A DNA stretch of 64,000 bases from Eubacterium sp. CAG:180 (GTDB lineage Bacteria > Bacillota > Clostridia > Oscillospirales > CAG-272): contig CAVGEJ010000001.1 of NCBI GenBank assembly GCA_963628215.1, positions 12,571-76,570 of the forward strand, given 5' to 3'. Positions 26,807-35,982 of this stretch are shown piece after piece. The notes below the pieces were generated by a model, which was not told where the DNA came from, searched no databases, and worked only from the letters and a program-made list of their open reading frames with translations. The translations under genes and the position numbers were made by a program. The first letter of the stretch is position 1; each line of letters opens with the position of its first letter.

Positions 26807-26834
26807 TGACCTTTTCCGACAAATATGATATAAT
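26806..26834 (+). promoter_or_regulatory. proBAC promoter
   Basis: TTGACC (26806-26811), 17 nt, TATAAT (26829-26834). Short (~35 nt) leader, so no room for a T-box. Confidence 0.6.
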
Positions 26835-26873
26835 AGAATGTGGGAAAATCGAAACATACAAAGGACAAACACT

Positions 26874-27659
26874 ATGAAACTGGTCGTAAAAATCGGAACA
26901 TCCACGCTCACGCATTCTTCGGGATGCCTCAACATCCGCAGAATCGAGTCGCTTGTCAAGGTTCTGTCGGACATTGCCAATGCAGGGCACGAGGTCATTC
27001 TGGTTTCCTCGGGCGCAATCGCCATGGGAGTCGGAAAACTCAACCTCGGCGAGCGGCCGCGCGACATTGCGGGCAAACAGGCTGCGGCGGCAGTCGGGCA
27101 GTGCGAACTGATGTACACTTACGATAAGTTGTTTTCCGAATACAACCGCACCGTTGCGCAAATCCTGTTAACGGCAGACGATCTGAAGATTCCCGAGCGG
27201 CACAGCAAATTCGAAAACACCATGGAGCAACTGCTTGCATGGCACGTCCTGCCGATCATCAACGAAAACGACACGGTTTCCACCGATGAGATCCGCATCG
27301 GAGATAACGACACGTTGGGCGCGATTGTGGCGGCGAGCGTCGGGGCGGATCTCCTGATTCTGATGTCGGATATCGACGGGCTTTACGACCGCGACCCGCA
27401 CAAGGACGCAGGCGCGCGCCTGATTCCCGAAGTGCGGGAACTGACCGACGAGATTCTGGCGCTCGGCGGCGGAGCGGGAAGCGCGCGCGGAACGGGCGGC
27501 ATGGTAACCAAACTCCACGCCGCGCAGATTGCAACCGGGGCGGGATGCGAAATGGTGATTGTGAACGGGTGGAATCCCGAAGTCCTCTACCGCGTGATGG
27601 ACGGCGAGCCGGTCGGAACACGATTTTTTGCGAAGGAGAAAGACAATGGAAACGCTTGA
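26874..27659 (+). CDS. proB: glutamate 5-kinase (no PUA domain)
   Basis: [13 protein letters not shown]...[12 protein letters not shown]...INENDTV...GDNDTLGA...GTGGMVTKL. Confidence 0.95.
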   Translation: MKLVVKIGTSTLTHSSGCLNIRRIESLVKVLSDIANAGHEVILVSSGAIAMGVGKLNLGERPRDIAGKQAAAAVGQCELMYTYDKLFSEYNRTVAQILLTADDLKIPERHSKFENTMEQLLAWHVLPIINENDTVSTDEIRIGDNDTLGAIVAASVGADLLILMSDIDGLYDRDPHKDAGARLIPEVRELTDEILALGGGAGSARGTGGMVTKLHAAQIATGAGCEMVIVNGWNPEVLYRVMDGEPVGTRFFAKEKDNGNA

Positions 27660-28902
27660 AATTCTGCGGCGCGCAAAAGCGACCGTGCCTGTTCTGCGCG
27701 AATTCGGCTCTGCCGATCTTGACCACGCGCTTCTTGCCATGGCGGAGGCACTGGAAAAACGGGCGGACGGAATTCTGGAAGCCAATGCGGCGGATATGGA
27801 AGCGGCGAAGGGGAGCATCGGCGACGTAATGTTGGACAGACTCCGTCTCACGCGGGAACGCGTCGGCGCGATGGCGGACGGCATCCGCAACGTCGCGGCA
27901 TTGCCGTCTCCCGTCGGTCGGGTACTGGAACGGACGGTTCGCCCGAACGGATTGGAGATCGAGAAGATCGCCGTTCCGATGGGCGTTCTGGCGATCATAT
28001 ACGAAAGCCGCCCGAATGTGACCTCCGACGCGGCGGCACTCGCGGTCAAAAGCGGAAACGTCTGCATTCTGCGCGGCGGAAAGGAAGCCTACCGCTCCGC
28101 CAAGGCGATCAGCGTTGCCCTGCGGGAAGGATTGGAACACGCGGGACTGCCGATGGACGCGGTTCAGCTTGTGGATGATACCACGAGACAAAGCGCAAAG
28201 GAACTGATGCAGGCGAAGGGCTATGTGGATCTGCTGATTCCGCGCGGCGGTGCGGGTCTGATCCGCGCCTGCGTGGAGAATGCAACCGTGCCGACGTTGG
28301 AAACGGGAACGGGAATCTGCCATGTCTATGTGGATCGGGACGCCGACCCGGAAAAGGCGCTTGCAATCGTCGAGAACGCAAAAGCAAGCCGCCCGTCGGT
28401 CTGCAACGCCGAGGAAGTTCTGCTTGTTCACCGCGGAATTGCAAAGACCTTTTTGCCGATGCTGAAGAAGCGGCTGTGCGATGACCGCGCGGCAAAAGGA
28501 CTTGTTCCCGTGGAATTGCGCGGCGACGCGGCAACGCGGGAAATCATCGAGGCAAAGCCTGCGGGGGACGCGGACTTTGACACCGAATTTCTGGATTATA
28601 TCCTTGCAGTCCGCGTGGTGGATTCGGTGCAGGACGCGGTGGCGCATATCGCGGCGCATTCGACCTCGCACAGCGAAGCGATCGTAACCGAGAACCGCGA
28701 AGCCGCCGATTATTTTACCGCAAATGTGGACAGCGCGGCGGTTTACGTCAACGCTTCCACACGCTTTACCGACGGCGGCGAATTCGGGCTCGGCTGTGAG
28801 ATGGGCATCTCCACCCAGAAACTCCACGCGCGCGGTCCGCTCGGGCTGAACGAATTGACCACCTACAAATACATTATCCACGGCAACGGACAGATCCGCT
28901 GA
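27646..28902 (+). CDS. proA: glutamate-5-semialdehyde dehydrogenase
   Basis: [11 protein letters not shown]... after [56 protein letters not shown]. Confidence 0.95.
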   Translation: METLEILRRAKATVPVLREFGSADLDHALLAMAEALEKRADGILEANAADMEAAKGSIGDVMLDRLRLTRERVGAMADGIRNVAALPSPVGRVLERTVRPNGLEIEKIAVPMGVLAIIYESRPNVTSDAAALAVKSGNVCILRGGKEAYRSAKAISVALREGLEHAGLPMDAVQLVDDTTRQSAKELMQAKGYVDLLIPRGGAGLIRACVENATVPTLETGTGICHVYVDRDADPEKALAIVENAKASRPSVCNAEEVLLVHRGIAKTFLPMLKKRLCDDRAAKGLVPVELRGDAATREIIEAKPAGDADFDTEFLDYILAVRVVDSVQDAVAHIAAHSTSHSEAIVTENREAADYFTANVDSAAVYVNASTRFTDGGEFGLGCEMGISTQKLHARGPLGLNELTTYKYIIHGNGQIR

Positions 28903-28915
28903 GAAAGGAATCGGA

Positions 28916-29716
28916 ATGAATATCGCGTTTATCGGAACAGGAAACATGGGCGGCGCGCTCGCAAGAGCCGTTCGGGCGGCGCTTCCCGAAGCGGAACTGT
29001 ATCTGTCCGACCGTTCACGGGAGAAAGCCGAGGCGCTGGCAGAAGAAATCGGAGCGGAAGTTCTTGACAATGAGACCGCCGCCCGGCGTGCGGACTATCT
29101 CTTCCTCGGGGTCAAACCGCAGATGCTCGGCAATCTGGCGAAAGAGATCGGCGGGGTCACAGCGGCGCGCGGAAACGCCGTCACGCTCGTCAGCATGGCG
29201 GCAGGCGTTCCGATTGAACGAATCAACAACCTGTTCGGGAAAAACGTCCCCGTGATCCGGATCATGCCGAACACCCCCGTGTCGGTTGGCAAAGGCTTGG
29301 TGCTCTGGTGCGCAAACGGGACGGTTCAACCAGGCGGAAAACAGGATTTCCGCGCAATGCTTGCAAAAGCGGGCGTTCTGAGCGAACTGCCGGAAGGACT
29401 GATCGACGCAGGCTGCGCGCTCTCGGGTTGCGGACCTGCATTCGTCTGCCTGTTTCTGGAGGCAATGGCGGACGGCGCGGTGACCTGCGGTCTGCCGCGC
29501 GCGCAGGCGATGGAGTACGCGGCGCAGACCCTGCTCGGAACTGCCGCGCTTCTCTTGGATACGGGAAAGCACCCGGGCGAACTCAAGGACGCGGTTTGCA
29601 GTCCGGCGGGGTCTACAATCGCGGGCGTTCGGGCGCTTGAGAAGGGCGCATTCCGCGCGGATGTCATGAACGCGGTCATCGCGGCGTTTGAGAGAACCAA
29701 AGAACTCGGAAACTGA
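28916..29716 (+). CDS. proC: pyrroline-5-carboxylate reductase
   Basis: MNIAFIGTGNMGGAL...RIMPNTP...GCGPAF...SPAGSTIAG. Confidence 0.95.
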   Translation: MNIAFIGTGNMGGALARAVRAALPEAELYLSDRSREKAEALAEEIGAEVLDNETAARRADYLFLGVKPQMLGNLAKEIGGVTAARGNAVTLVSMAAGVPIERINNLFGKNVPVIRIMPNTPVSVGKGLVLWCANGTVQPGGKQDFRAMLAKAGVLSELPEGLIDAGCALSGCGPAFVCLFLEAMADGAVTCGLPRAQAMEYAAQTLLGTAALLLDTGKHPGELKDAVCSPAGSTIAGVRALEKGAFRADVMNAVIAAFERTKELGN

Positions 29717-29725
29717 GGGGGAACT

Positions 29726-30667
29726 ATGAATCTGCTGTATCTGAAATACGCCGCCACGGTTGCCGACTGCGGGTCTATCAGCAAAGCGGCGGAACGGCTG
29801 TATATCGACCAACCGAACCTGAGCCGATCCATCAAGGATCTGGAGACCTCCATGGGCGTGAAACTGTTCGAGCGGAGCGCAAGAGGCATGAAGCTGACGC
29901 CGGACGGGGAAGAATTTCTGAAATATGCAAGGGTGATCCTTTCCGAAGTGGACGCAATGGAGAATATGTTCCGCTCGGGCGACGCGCGCAAACAACGCTT
30001 TTCGTTGTCCGTTCCGCGGGCAAGCTATATTTCCGAAGCGTTCGCGGCGTTTTCCGAACGGTTTTCCGACATTGCGCAGATCGAGGCGTTTTACAAAGAG
30101 ACCAACCCCATGCGCACGCTGAAAAACATTCTGGAGGACGGCTACAATCTCGGAATCATCCGCTATGCCGCGCAGTATGACAAATACTACAAGGAAATGC
30201 TGGAGGAAAAAGGGCTCAGCTACGAGTTGATCTGCGAATTCCGTTTTGTCCTGCTCACAAGCCGCTCTTCGCCGATTGCGACCAAAGAAACCGTAACCGA
30301 AGCCGATCTTGCAGACCTGACCGAGGTGCTGTACGGCGATCCTTACGTGCCGTCCATGCCGTTGGACGAAGTGCGGAAGGAAGCGTGGTCCGACGTCAGC
30401 CCGCGCCGCATTTTCGTATTCGAACGGGGAAGCCGGTTCGACCTGTTGGCGGGAAACCCCAACACCTTTATGTGGGTCGCGCCGATTCCGCAGACGGTAC
30501 TGGACCGTTACGGACTGGTGCAGAGAACCTGCGGGGACGGTCACAAGATCTATAAGGATATTCTGATCCGCAGGAAGGAATACAAGCTGTCGGAACTCGA
30601 CAATGCGTTCATCGCCGAACTCTGCCGGACAAAAAGAGAGGTATTCAGAGAGGGGACAAGCCTATGA
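29726..30667 (+). CDS. LysR-family transcriptional regulator
   Basis: MNLLYLKYAATVADCGSISKAAERLYIDQPNLSRSIKDLETSMGVKLFERSARGMKLTPDGE is a canonical LysR wHTH, followed by a substrate-binding domain. Confidence 0.9.
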   Translation: MNLLYLKYAATVADCGSISKAAERLYIDQPNLSRSIKDLETSMGVKLFERSARGMKLTPDGEEFLKYARVILSEVDAMENMFRSGDARKQRFSLSVPRASYISEAFAAFSERFSDIAQIEAFYKETNPMRTLKNILEDGYNLGIIRYAAQYDKYYKEMLEEKGLSYELICEFRFVLLTSRSSPIATKETVTEADLADLTEVLYGDPYVPSMPLDEVRKEAWSDVSPRRIFVFERGSRFDLLAGNPNTFMWVAPIPQTVLDRYGLVQRTCGDGHKIYKDILIRRKEYKLSELDNAFIAELCRTKREVFREGTSL

Positions 30668-31221
30668 AATGGTTGATTGCGTCGGATATCCACGGCTCGG
30701 CATACTGGTGTCGCAAACTGTTGGAAGCTTACCGCAAGGAGGGGGCGGATCGGATGCTGTTGCTCGGCGATCTGCTCTACCACGGTCCGCGGAACGATCT
30801 GCCAAAGGATTATGCGCCGAAGGAGGTCATTTCCATGCTGAACGGCATGAAAAACGATATCCTTGCGGTGCGGGGCAACTGCGAAGCGGAAGTGGATCAG
30901 ATGGTTCTGGAATTTCCCGTGCTCGCGGATTACGCGATTCTGGATCTCGGTCAGCGCATGGTGTTTGCCACGCACGGGCACGTCTGGAACGAAGGACATC
31001 TGCCGCCGTTGCACGAGGGCGACATTCTTCTGCACGGGCATACACACATTCCGAAATGCGCGGTTCATGAGACGTTCGTCTGTATGAATCCGGGGTCGGT
31101 CTCGATTCCGAAAGAGGGGAGTCACCACGGCTATATGACGCTTAAGAACGGCGTGTTCCTCTGGCGTGATTTTGAAGGAACGCTCAAGGACGAATACGGC
31201 GCGCCGGACGGCGATCTCTGA
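30664..31221 (+). CDS. YfcE/MJ0936-family metallophosphoesterase
   Basis: ASDIHG...LLGDLLYHGPRN...VRGNCE...THGH...GHTH. ATGA overlap with lysR. Confidence 0.85.
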   Translation: MKWLIASDIHGSAYWCRKLLEAYRKEGADRMLLLGDLLYHGPRNDLPKDYAPKEVISMLNGMKNDILAVRGNCEAEVDQMVLEFPVLADYAILDLGQRMVFATHGHVWNEGHLPPLHEGDILLHGHTHIPKCAVHETFVCMNPGSVSIPKEGSHHGYMTLKNGVFLWRDFEGTLKDEYGAPDGDL

Positions 31222-31272
31222 ATCCGTAACCGATATATTGATATATACAATACAGATATGTGAAATCGGCAA

Positions 31273-31301
31273 TTGCAAAACAGAGGGTTCTGTGATACAA
31301 T
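31273..31301 (+). promoter_or_regulatory. candidate promoter of the rex-adhE-hyd array
   Basis: TTGCAA (31273-31278), 17 nt, TG-a-TACAAT (31296-31301). Confidence 0.5.
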
Positions 31302-31314
31302 AAGGTTGTATTAC
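31292..31314. promoter_or_regulatory. inverted repeat GTGATACAA-TAAGG-TTGTATTAC overlapping -10/TSS (candidate operator)
   Basis: 8 of 9 arm positions are complementary. A second TGTGA lies at 31259-31263 next to the -35. Neither is a canonical Rex box. Confidence 0.35.
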
Positions 31315-31361
31315 TGTAACTCCGCCCAATGATGCGGAATTACAAGAAACGGGAGGCAACG

Positions 31362-31961
31362 ATGGAGCTTTCACGCGCAACAATCGGCAGATTGCCGATC
31401 TATCTGGACTATCTGAAGCATTTACCCGCAGAAACCAAAACCATTTCGGCAACATCGATTGCCAGAGCGTTGAATCTGGGCGACGTGCAGGTGCGCAAAG
31501 ATCTTTCTGCGGCTTGCGGACTCGGCAGACCGAAGATCGGATACGAGGTCGCGGAACTGACCTGCGCGCTCGAGGCGACTATCGGAGAGCCTGCGGGATG
31601 CGAGGCGGTCATCGTCGGCGCGGGCAGACTCGGGAGAGCCCTGCTCGGCTTCGGCGGATTTTCGGAATACGGTCTGACGGTCACGCACGCGTTTGACCTG
31701 TTGCCGAACGGCAATCCTGCAGTGAGCCCGGTTGACGAACTGCCGTCCTACTGCCGGTTTCATCAGGTCGAGATCGGAATCATCACCGTTCCGCCCGAAG
31801 CGGCGCAGGGCGTTGCGGATCTGTTGGTCAAATGCGGTGTGCGGGCAATCTGGTGCTTTGCGCCGATTCGGCTGAATCTGCCGCAGGGGATCACGGTACA
31901 GTACGAGAATCTGGCGCTGTCGCTGGCGCATCTACATCAGAAGGTGAAAAACCGGAATTGA
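31362..31961 (+). CDS. rex: redox-sensing transcriptional repressor Rex
   Basis: MELSRATIGRLPIYLDYLKHL...ISATSIARALNLGDVQVRKDLS (wHTH), VIVGAGRLGRALL (NADH Rossmann). GGGAGG RBS 5 nt before the ATG at 31362. Confidence 0.9.
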   Translation: MELSRATIGRLPIYLDYLKHLPAETKTISATSIARALNLGDVQVRKDLSAACGLGRPKIGYEVAELTCALEATIGEPAGCEAVIVGAGRLGRALLGFGGFSEYGLTVTHAFDLLPNGNPAVSPVDELPSYCRFHQVEIGIITVPPEAAQGVADLLVKCGVRAIWCFAPIRLNLPQGITVQYENLALSLAHLHQKVKNRN

Positions 31962-31974
31962 GGGGGATTTCAAA

Positions 31975-34656
31975 GTGAGCAACGAGAGAAGGACGGTTGA
32001 TTCGGTGGAAACACTGGAAGCGGCGCTGAAATCGGTACGCGCCGCGCAGAAGCGCTATGCCACCTACACCCAGGAACAGGTGGACGCAATTTTCAAGGCG
32101 GCGGCAATCGCCGCGAACCAAGCGCGGATTCCGCTTGCGAAACTGGCGGTTGAAGAGACCGGAATGGGCGTCGTGGAGGACAAGGTCATCAAAAACAACT
32201 ACGCCGCCGAGCATATCTACAATGCCTACCGCCACACCCGAACCTGCGGAGTTATCGAAGAGGACAAGGCTTACGGCGTGAAGAAGATCGCAGAGCCGAT
32301 CGGCGTCATTGCCGCAGTCATTCCGACCACAAACCCGACTTCCACCGCAATTTTCAAGTGCCTGTTGGCGCTCAAGACCCGAAACGCGATTCTCATCAGC
32401 CCGCACCCGCGTGCGAAGAAATCCACCGCGGCGGCGGCAAAAATCGTTCTGGACGCGGCGGTTGCCGCAGGCGCGCCGGAAGATATCATTTCGTGGATTG
32501 ACGTTCCGTCGTTGGATATGACAGGGCTGTTGATGAAGGAAGCCGATATCATCCTCGCAACAGGCGGTCCCGGAATGGTCAAGGCGGCATATTCTTCGGG
32601 AAAGCCCGCGCTCGGAGTCGGAGCGGGAAACACTCCCGCCATTATCGACGACAGCGCCGACATTGTGTTGGCGGTCAGTTCGATCATCCACTCCAAGACA
32701 TTTGACAACGGTATGATCTGCGCCTCGGAGCAGTCGGTTATTGTGCTTGACGGCATCTATGATGCCGTGCGAACCGAATTTGTCGAGCGCGGCTGTTACT
32801 TCCTCTCTCCCGATGAGACCGAAAAGGTTCGCAAGACCATCCTCATCAACGGAGCGCTGAACGCAAAGATCGTCGGACAGAGCGCCGCAACCATCGCGTC
32901 GCTTGCAAATGTAAAAGTGCCCGAGGGGACAAAAATTCTGATCGGCGAAGTGGAGAGCGTGGAACTTTCGGAAGAGTTCGCACACGAAAAGCTGTCTCCC
33001 GTTCTGGCAATGTACCGCGCAAAGGACATCAGCGACGCATTCGACAAGGCGGAACGGCTGATTGCCGACGGCGGATACGGTCACACGTCCTCCATCTACC
33101 TGAACACCGAAACCGAGCAGGCGAAGCTGAACGAATTCGCCGCGCGGATGAAAACCTGTCGGATTCTTGTCAACACCCCCTCGTCGCAGGGCGGTATCGG
33201 AGATCTGTACAACTTCAAACTCACGCCGTCGCTGACCCTCGGCTGCGGTTCGTGGGGCGGCAACTCGGTGTCCGAAAATGTCGGAGTCAAGCACCTGCTC
33301 AATATCAAGACCGTTGCCGAAAGGAGAGAGAATATGCTCTGGTTCCGCGCCCCCGAAAAGGTCTACATCAAAAAGGGCTGTCTGCCCGTTGCGCTGGACG
33401 AATTGAAAAACGTCATGCACAAGAAGCGGGCGTTCGTCGTAACCGACAGCTTCCTCTATCACAATGGCTATACCAAGCCCATTACCGACAAACTGGATGA
33501 AATGGGCATTGCGCACACCACCTTCTTTGACGTTGCTCCTGACCCGACCCTTGCCTGCGCAAAGGAAGGAACTGCGCAGATGTGCGCGTTTGAGCCGGAT
33601 TGCATCATCGCGTTGGGCGGCGGCTCTGCGATGGACGCGGCAAAAATCATGTGGGTCATGTATGAACACCCCGAGGTGGATTTCATGGACATGGCAATGC
33701 GGTTCATCGACATCCGCAAGCGGGTTTACAACTTCCCGAAAATGGGGGAGAAAGCGTACTTCATTGCAATTCCCACATCCGCCGGAACAGGCTCGGAAGT
33801 CACGCCGTTTGCGGTCATCACCGACGAAGAGAGCGGCATCAAGTATCCGCTTGCCGACTATGAACTGATGCCGAACATGGCGATCATCGACACAGACTTT
33901 CATATGAGCGCGCCGCGCGGACTGACCGCCGCATCGGGTATCGACGCGGTGACCCACGCGCTTGAAGCATATGCCTCGGTCATGGCAACCGATTACACCG
34001 ACGGGCTTGCTCTGCAGGCGCTGAAAACCATCTTCCGCTATCTCCCGAAAGCCTATGACAACGGGCAGATCGACGTGGAAGCGCGCGAAAAGATGGCGAA
34101 CGCCGCAACCATGGCGGGTATGGCGTTTGCAAACGCTTTCCTTGGCGTCTGCCACTCCATGGCGCACAAATTGGGCGCGTTCCACCATCTGCCGCACGGC
34201 ATTGCGAACGCATTGATGATCGAAGAAGTCCTGCGTTTCAACGCCGCCGAAGCACCCGCCAAGATGGGAACGTTCTCGCAGTACGATCACCCGCACACAA
34301 TGGAGCGTTATGCGCAGATTGCCGACGCACTGGGATTGGGCGGAAAGACGGACGGCGAAAAGCTTGAAAATCTGATCCGTGCCATCAACGAACTGAAAGC
34401 GCGCGTTGGAATCAAGGCGACCATCCGCGATTATAACATTGACGAAACCGATTTTCTCGACCGTCTCGACGCAATGACCGAACAGGCGTTCGACGATCAA
34501 TGCACGGGCGCGAACCCGCGGTATCCGCTGATGCGCGAGATCAGGCAGATGTACCTCAACGCTTACTACGGAAACAAGCATTTCACCGAGCAACCGATGC
34601 CAACGTCCGCAGGGCGCGCGACAAAAAACGCCGCAGGCGGCAAAAAGAAAGGCTGA
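31975..34656 (+). CDS. adhE: bifunctional acetaldehyde-CoA / alcohol dehydrogenase
   Basis: 893 aa. N-terminal ALDH (TNPTSTAIFK, FDNGMICASEQ) and C-terminal Fe-ADH (GGGSAMDAAK, TSAGTGSEVT, HSMAHKLG). GTG start 13 nt after the rex stop. Confidence 0.95.
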   Translation: MSNERRTVDSVETLEAALKSVRAAQKRYATYTQEQVDAIFKAAAIAANQARIPLAKLAVEETGMGVVEDKVIKNNYAAEHIYNAYRHTRTCGVIEEDKAYGVKKIAEPIGVIAAVIPTTNPTSTAIFKCLLALKTRNAILISPHPRAKKSTAAAAKIVLDAAVAAGAPEDIISWIDVPSLDMTGLLMKEADIILATGGPGMVKAAYSSGKPALGVGAGNTPAIIDDSADIVLAVSSIIHSKTFDNGMICASEQSVIVLDGIYDAVRTEFVERGCYFLSPDETEKVRKTILINGALNAKIVGQSAATIASLANVKVPEGTKILIGEVESVELSEEFAHEKLSPVLAMYRAKDISDAFDKAERLIADGGYGHTSSIYLNTETEQAKLNEFAARMKTCRILVNTPSSQGGIGDLYNFKLTPSLTLGCGSWGGNSVSENVGVKHLLNIKTVAERRENMLWFRAPEKVYIKKGCLPVALDELKNVMHKKRAFVVTDSFLYHNGYTKPITDKLDEMGIAHTTFFDVAPDPTLACAKEGTAQMCAFEPDCIIALGGGSAMDAAKIMWVMYEHPEVDFMDMAMRFIDIRKRVYNFPKMGEKAYFIAIPTSAGTGSEVTPFAVITDEESGIKYPLADYELMPNMAIIDTDFHMSAPRGLTAASGIDAVTHALEAYASVMATDYTDGLALQALKTIFRYLPKAYDNGQIDVEAREKMANAATMAGMAFANAFLGVCHSMAHKLGAFHHLPHGIANALMIEEVLRFNAAEAPAKMGTFSQYDHPHTMERYAQIADALGLGGKTDGEKLENLIRAINELKARVGIKATIRDYNIDETDFLDRLDAMTEQAFDDQCTGANPRYPLMREIRQMYLNAYYGNKHFTEQPMPTSAGRATKNAAGGKKKG

Positions 34657-34669
34657 GGAGGGACAAAAG

Positions 34670-35419
34670 ATGAAGCTGGACAGAATCATTGCGGTCAGAA
34701 ATCACAAAACCGTCTACCGTGACGGCGAGCTTTGCATGAAAGTCTTTGACGAAACCTATTCCAAAGCGGATATTCTTGCCGAGGCGCTGAATCAGGCGCG
34801 GGTCGAGGAAACGGGGTTGCACATTCCGCAGGTTCGCGAGGTAACGGTCATTGACGGAAAATGGACCATCATGACCGACTACATCAAGGGAAAAACACTG
34901 GCACAGCTGATGGTAGAGCATCCCGAAAAGAAAAACGACTGGCTGAATCTGTTTGTCGACCTTCAACTGGAGGTACAGTCCAAGACCTGCCCGCTTCTGC
35001 CGAAGCTGCGCGACAAAATGGATCGCAAGATTTCCCAAACCGATTTCGACGCGACCACGCGCTACGAACTGCACACGAGATTGGACTCCATGCCCAAACA
35101 CGCAAAACTTTGCCACGGAGACTTCAATCCCTCCAATATCATTGTCTCGGAGGACGGAACGCCCTACATTCTGGACTGGGCGCACGCCACGCAGGGGAAC
35201 GCCTCGGCGGATGCCGCCAGAACCTATCTGCTGTTCTGGCTTGCGGGAGATATCGACGGCGCAGAACGCTACCTCAAACTGTTCTGCATCAAGAGCGACA
35301 CCGCCAAGCAATATGTACAGAAATGGATGCCGATTGTTGCCGCGTCCCAATCGGTCAAAGGAAACGAAAAGGAACGCGAATTTCTTCACTCTTGGGTCAA
35401 CGTTGTTGACTACGAATAA
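34670..35419 (+). CDS. APH/choline-kinase-fold phosphotransferase-family protein (kinase-like)
   Basis: 249 aa. Catalytic-loop-like LCHGDFNPSNIIV and metal-binding ILDWAHAT (Brenner-type HxDxxxxN...D). GGAGGG RBS, 13 nt after adhE. Confidence 0.75.
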   Translation: MKLDRIIAVRNHKTVYRDGELCMKVFDETYSKADILAEALNQARVEETGLHIPQVREVTVIDGKWTIMTDYIKGKTLAQLMVEHPEKKNDWLNLFVDLQLEVQSKTCPLLPKLRDKMDRKISQTDFDATTRYELHTRLDSMPKHAKLCHGDFNPSNIIVSEDGTPYILDWAHATQGNASADAARTYLLFWLAGDIDGAERYLKLFCIKSDTAKQYVQKWMPIVAASQSVKGNEKEREFLHSWVNVVDYE

Positions 35420-35471
35420 TACCTGACGTACCGAACCTACAAAATTTTAATATAGAAAGAGAGAATTCATC

Positions 35472-35717
35472 ATGAAAGTTACAGTTTGCATCGGATCTTC
35501 CTGCCATATCAAAGGGTCAAGACAGGTTGTGGAAGAGTTGCAGTATCTGATCTCCGGCGCGGGACTGGAGGACAAAGTCGAGTTGGGCGGCACTTTCTGC
35601 ATGGGAAGATGTCAGGAAGGCGTTTGTGTAACGGTGGACGGGGAGTTCCATTCGGTCAGCCCCGACAATGTCAGGGAATTCTTTGAAAAAGAGGTTAAGG
35701 GAAAGGTTACGGCATGA
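35472..35717 (+). CDS. thioredoxin-like [2Fe-2S] ferredoxin mini-protein (HfsA/NuoE-like), copy 1
   Basis: 81 aa. Cys pattern CIGSSCHIKG...CMGRC. Confidence 0.8.
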   Translation: MKVTVCIGSSCHIKGSRQVVEELQYLISGAGLEDKVELGGTFCMGRCQEGVCVTVDGEFHSVSPDNVREFFEKEVKGKVTA

Positions 35718-35980
35718 TTTTCGTTGAGGTTTGCGTCGGAAGTTCCTGCCATATCAAAGGCGCGCCCGAGATTGTGGAACTGATGCAGAAATACATCGCG
35801 GACGCGAAACTGGAGGATGAAATCGTGCTCTCGGGCAGTTTCTGCTCGGGCAGATGCAATCGCACGGGCGTAACGATCACCGTCGGAGACGACGTGTACA
35901 CGGGAATCACCCCCGAGGGCTTCCGCGATTTCTGGAACGACAGGATTCTGCCCGCAGTGGAGAAGGCAAAGGAGGGATAA
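35714..35980 (+). CDS. thioredoxin-like [2Fe-2S] ferredoxin mini-protein, copy 2
   Basis: 88 aa. CVGSSCHIKG...CSGRC. ATGA overlap with copy 1. Confidence 0.8.
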   Translation: MIFVEVCVGSSCHIKGAPEIVELMQKYIADAKLEDEIVLSGSFCSGRCNRTGVTITVGDDVYTGITPEGFRDFWNDRILPAVEKAKEG

Positions 35981-35982
35981 GC

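Noticed and set aside
31222-31361. Canonical Rex operator upstream of rex-adhE
   Set aside because: No 18-mer fits TTGTGAA-N4-TTCACAA or TTGTTAA-N4-TTAACAA better than about half the positions. Only non-canonical palindromes are present, and these are reported separately as candidates.
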